DNA of 28,160 nt from a virus. Lineage: Duplodnaviria > Caudoviricetes. Location: IMG/VR virus record IMGVR_UViG_3300032225_000931, positions 1 to 28,160 of that record; one strand, written 5' to 3'. Position numbers and translations under genes: made by a program. The notes below the pieces were generated by a model. The model was not told where the DNA came from. It ran no database searches and worked only from the letters and a program-made list of their open reading frames with translations. The stretch's first letter is position 1, and each line of letters starts with the position of its first letter. Below are positions 26,001-28,160 of this stretch, piece after piece.

Positions 26001-28120
26001 TAGGTCCATACGCTGGATATCAATTATTAGGCTCATCATATACAATAGCATTAGGATACAATGCTGGCTTTAATAGTATATTAGGCAACAACAATATTTT
26101 AATTGGTACAAATGTAACTTTACCAAGTGGTAGCTCCAATAGAATGAATATTGGTGGTTTAATATTTGGTTCTGGGTCTTACTTTAGTACTAGTTCTGCT
26201 TCTCCATCTGCATCAAATGGCTTTATTGGTATTAATCAACCAAATCCACAATTTAATTTAGATGTAAGTGGTAGTGCTAGAATTACTAGCAATACCCAAA
26301 TTACTGGTTCATTAAATGTTACAGGTAGTATATTACAAAACGGTGGAGCTTTGGCAGTCCAGGACGGTACTATTTTATATTCACCAACAAGAGCATTTAC
26401 TCCAACTGGTAGTATCAGTACATTAGGAACGGCAGTAACTGTAGTTAATAACCATTTTGATAGTGGTGTAGTTGGTATGAAACTGACCATATTAGGAGAA
26501 AGTAAAATAATAACTGCGTATACTTCAGCAACACAAGTAACCGTTGATTCGGCGTATTCACAAAATTATAGTGGAGTAGCGGTTAGTAGTTGGGGTGTAT
26601 ATTATAAAACATTTGAAGTAAAAACTGACGGATATCCTTATTTGTACCTAGGCAACCAGTCAGGCGGTGCACCTCCAGGCACAGTATTTCTATACAATAA
26701 TGCAGGATTCCCAACAACACAATTCGGGTTTCAAGTACCTAACGCCTTTCTATTAAACGGTTCAGGACTAAATAACGCTTCTAACACTGTTATTAGGTGG
26801 AGTCCAGGTAATCCTGATGCATTTGGAGCTACAAATGACCTAGGTATTCGTAGAAATACATCAGGTTCTTTAGAAATATACGACGGTAATACTGCAGGAA
26901 ACAGAAGAGACTTAGTATTAAGAAACATTACGGGTTCTAATGCATTATTTAGTGGTAGCTTAACTCTTACAGGTTCTTTAAATATATCAGGTAGTCTAGC
27001 AGTAAATGGCTCTAATGTAATTTTAAGCAATCAGACATCTTCAATGTCTGTAGCTACAGCATCATATGTTACCTTAGCCCAAACTGCATCATATGTTGTA
27101 ACAGCGCAAACTGCTAGCTACGTAGTTACTGCTCAAACTGCATCATATGTTACCTTAGCTCAAACAGCATCTTACATACTAAACGCAGTATCTGCTTCAT
27201 ATGCAGCTAGTGCTTCAAATGCAACTACAGCATCTTATATTTTACAAGCAGTAAGTGCATCTTACGCATTAACCGCATCTTATGTTAGTGGATCTTCATC
27301 TGTAAGTGCATCTTATGCTGCAACAGCATCATATGCAAATACATTTACAGTAGGTGGTACTCTAACTGCACAAACATTAATAGTACAAACTATTACTTCA
27401 TCTATAATTTATAGTTCAGGATCAAATATATTTGGTAATAGCACAGCTAATACTCAACAATTTACTGGTAGTGTTTTAATGACGGGTTCCTTAAATGTAT
27501 TAGGTAATACTACTATTACAGGCTCTTTAAACATATCAGGTAGTATTACAGGTTCTGCAAATGCTCGTTTTTTAGGATCTATAACATCATCCGCAGCCTT
27601 AATTTCAGGTTCAGGAACACAAAGATTAGTTGTTATAGGCTCAGGATCAGCACAACCAATATTTACAGTTCAGGGCTCACAGGGTGAATTGTTCTCTGTA
27701 ACAGATAGCCTATCAGGGTCTCTATTTAGTATAAACGATATATCAGGCTTACCAATATTGGAAGTATTCTCAGACAATACAACATTAGTAGGTAACTACT
27801 TAGCACCAGCATTAAATACAACAAATAAAATCACAACTACCAACAGTGGTAGTTTTGTAATATATTCAGTACCAACAGCATCGTATGATGGAATATTTGT
27901 AGATTACACAGCAAGATCAGGCTCAAATGCCAGAGCAGGTGTATTTACAGCTATTTGGTCAGGTTCAAGTGTAAATTATATGGATAACTCAACAACCGAT
28001 TTTGGTAATACTACAGCATTAAGTTTGGTAGCTTCAATATCTGGTAGTAACATGGTAGTAACAGGATCTGTAGCTACAGGTAGTGGATGGACAGTAAAAG
28101 CAATTATAAGATCAATATAA
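23003..28120 (+). CDS. Large modular tail-fibre / virion surface protein
   Basis: 1705 aa; TASY repeat arrays, three GTLTAQT modules, GIN...LDV.G units and glycine-rich 17-aa beta-helix-like repeats. Confidence 0.75.
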   Translation: MPIDKSTKSNRLLQSRRYTQQQLGDAQEAFTSVLDINAGEIYSQQNLIPTSSLPYSGSSQNGQYVTSGGSNILKFFYRQRLAPSDTLDTGSYNTWFFLDPTSSADYTSGVNAGVLSTRQQANFISPKYAPALGGNTENSPAGYQVKLTDSVGTIIDPATYTFDYKDGVLQFNGSSGYSVISTALYLTAYQYVGRTLSSNDTLGYTGSFSGSFAGSMFGTASYASQSLSASYALTASYAPSGSYSISGSYAVSASYALNATTASYASTALLAQQVSTSISSQNLQHNVLFVDTSGPGFIQVDGGLRYNPNLDLLTTTASYATTASYALSASNATTASYILNGVSASYANSASNATTASYILNAISASYANSASNATTASYILNAVSASYANSASNATTASYILNGVSASYANSASNATTASYVLNSVSASYANSASNATTASYIILAQTASYVVTAQTASYILQAVSASYAANATTASYAVNATTASNAVTASSADNFTVRGTLTAQTIVAQTVSSSTVYSSGSNRFGNDITNNQIFTGSVLVTGSITVATPVVNNLTASYAISASQALTASYIPASGVVGLNLSQIATGSVTASVSLDSGSFAVTSGSSTLLFVNKNGTVGINTTGSGTYNLDVNGTSRLNGATTIGGNITFTNTNPKISTNTSVIQLEVSNGLYIGTPGGNTSIASFTNNQFGVNTSIAYPITFGAVNTLANTSSLIDMQSTTRGLLISRMTAAQRTAISTPAQGLMVYDTGATTEGLYYYNSGSNIGWQQVLSNSGSQSISGSLTLTGTLTAQTLVVQTVSSSVIYSSGSNRFGNDLANTQVFTGSVLMTGSLAVNGSNVILSNQTSSMSVATASYATTASYVANASSFPYTGSAIITGSLQVIGNISQYNSSSYIGNLAGAGANASTYSVYLGEQAGFNAASSSNATFIGSFAGMAATSSLYLTAIGYQAGISMSNAGNSTAIGPFAGYAAYNAIGSAFLGIYAGAGAVSSSYSTFLGPYAGYQLLGSSYTIALGYNAGFNSILGNNNILIGTNVTLPSGSSNRMNIGGLIFGSGSYFSTSSASPSASNGFIGINQPNPQFNLDVSGSARITSNTQITGSLNVTGSILQNGGALAVQDGTILYSPTRAFTPTGSISTLGTAVTVVNNHFDSGVVGMKLTILGESKIITAYTSATQVTVDSAYSQNYSGVAVSSWGVYYKTFEVKTDGYPYLYLGNQSGGAPPGTVFLYNNAGFPTTQFGFQVPNAFLLNGSGLNNASNTVIRWSPGNPDAFGATNDLGIRRNTSGSLEIYDGNTAGNRRDLVLRNITGSNALFSGSLTLTGSLNISGSLAVNGSNVILSNQTSSMSVATASYVTLAQTASYVVTAQTASYVVTAQTASYVTLAQTASYILNAVSASYAASASNATTASYILQAVSASYALTASYVSGSSSVSASYAATASYANTFTVGGTLTAQTLIVQTITSSIIYSSGSNIFGNSTANTQQFTGSVLMTGSLNVLGNTTITGSLNISGSITGSANARFLGSITSSAALISGSGTQRLVVIGSGSAQPIFTVQGSQGELFSVTDSLSGSLFSINDISGLPILEVFSDNTTLVGNYLAPALNTTNKITTTNSGSFVIYSVPTASYDGIFVDYTARSGSNARAGVFTAIWSGSSVNYMDNSTTDFGNTTALSLVASISGSNMVVTGSVATGSGWTVKAIIRSI
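23996..24310 (+). repeat. Five tandem 63-nt in-frame repeats (ATTASYILNxxSASYANSASN)
   Basis: Units start at 23996, 24059, 24122, 24185 and 24248; a related unit occurs near 20287-20349 in the upstream fibre gene. Confidence 0.9.
25499..27068 (+). repeat. 79-nt direct repeat pair (25499-25577 and 26990-27068), with a third shorter copy at 20719-20779
   Basis: 76/79 identical by manual alignment; encodes GSLAVNGSNVILSNQTSSMSVATASY. Confidence 0.9.
25682..26068 (+). repeat. Eight 17-aa (I/L)GxxAG protein repeats, beta-helix/beta-roll-like
   Basis: IGNLAG, LGEQAG, IGSFAG, IGYQAG, IGPFAG, LGIYAG, LGPYAG, LGYNAG at 17-residue spacing. Confidence 0.8.
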
Positions 28121-28124
28121 CGTT

Positions 28125-28160
28125 ATGGGATTTAATTATTCACCTAAAATCGTAACAGAC
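28125..28160 (+). CDS. Start of the next gene (truncated), probably a LamG/concanavalin-like virion protein
   Basis: MGFNYSPKIVTD; SPKIVTD(GLVL) is a typical start of phage LamG-domain proteins, but only 12 codons are visible. Confidence 0.5.
   Translation, partial: MGFNYSPKIVTD

Noticed and set aside
683-27030. Alternative-frame and minus-strand ORFs in the track (e.g. 683-907, 4707-5036, 9157-9672, 11461-11793, 26731-27030)
   Set aside because: All overlap well-supported plus-strand genes and look like codon-bias shadows with no recognisable motifs.
25499-27068. Diversity-generating retroelement template/variable repeat pair
   Set aside because: Differences are synonymous and not adenine-specific, both copies are internal coding sequence, and there is no reverse transcriptase in the window.
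1-28160. Stop-codon reassignment, introns or inteins in core genes
   Set aside because: Core genes are intact under the standard code; TAG (3828, 11195) and TGA (1599, 17454) end genes at sensible positions; no intein or homing-endonuclease motifs were seen.
1-28160. tRNA, rRNA, integrase or transposase
   Set aside because: No intergenic cloverleaf with T-loop and CCA, and no recombinase motifs recognised; prophage versus free phage cannot be decided from this window.

Overview
AT-rich, all-plus-strand, densely coded late (virion morphogenesis) region of a large tailed dsDNA phage with a distantly T4-like head module: terminase large subunit, portal (gp20-like), prohead protease (gp21-like), scaffold (gp22-like), major capsid protein (gp23-like), a PhoH ATPase, neck/head-completion proteins (gp13/gp14-like), a tail-terminator-like protein (gp15-like) and two very large Ser/Thr-rich fibre-like proteins. 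Several independent signals point to a Bacteroidota host: almost no Shine-Dalgarno sites, TAnnTTT-type promoter boxes, D-(S/T)-x sequons in a membrane protein, and a flavobacterial-type domain in a fibre. Most interesting observations: (1) a set of probable head-internal proteins with shared targeting/cleavage motifs, three of which carry a winged-helix-like domain (two clearly homologous); (2) an [S/T]-[G/A]-S tripeptide that saturates surface-exposed virion proteins but is essentially absent from internal and enzymatic proteins, a candidate virion modification sequon; (3) a conserved ATATTTAT box before nine genes; (4) structured intergenic leaders before the terminase, scaffold and fibre genes; (5) recombination-prone modular fibres. 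All family assignments are from motif recognition by eye; no database search was run.
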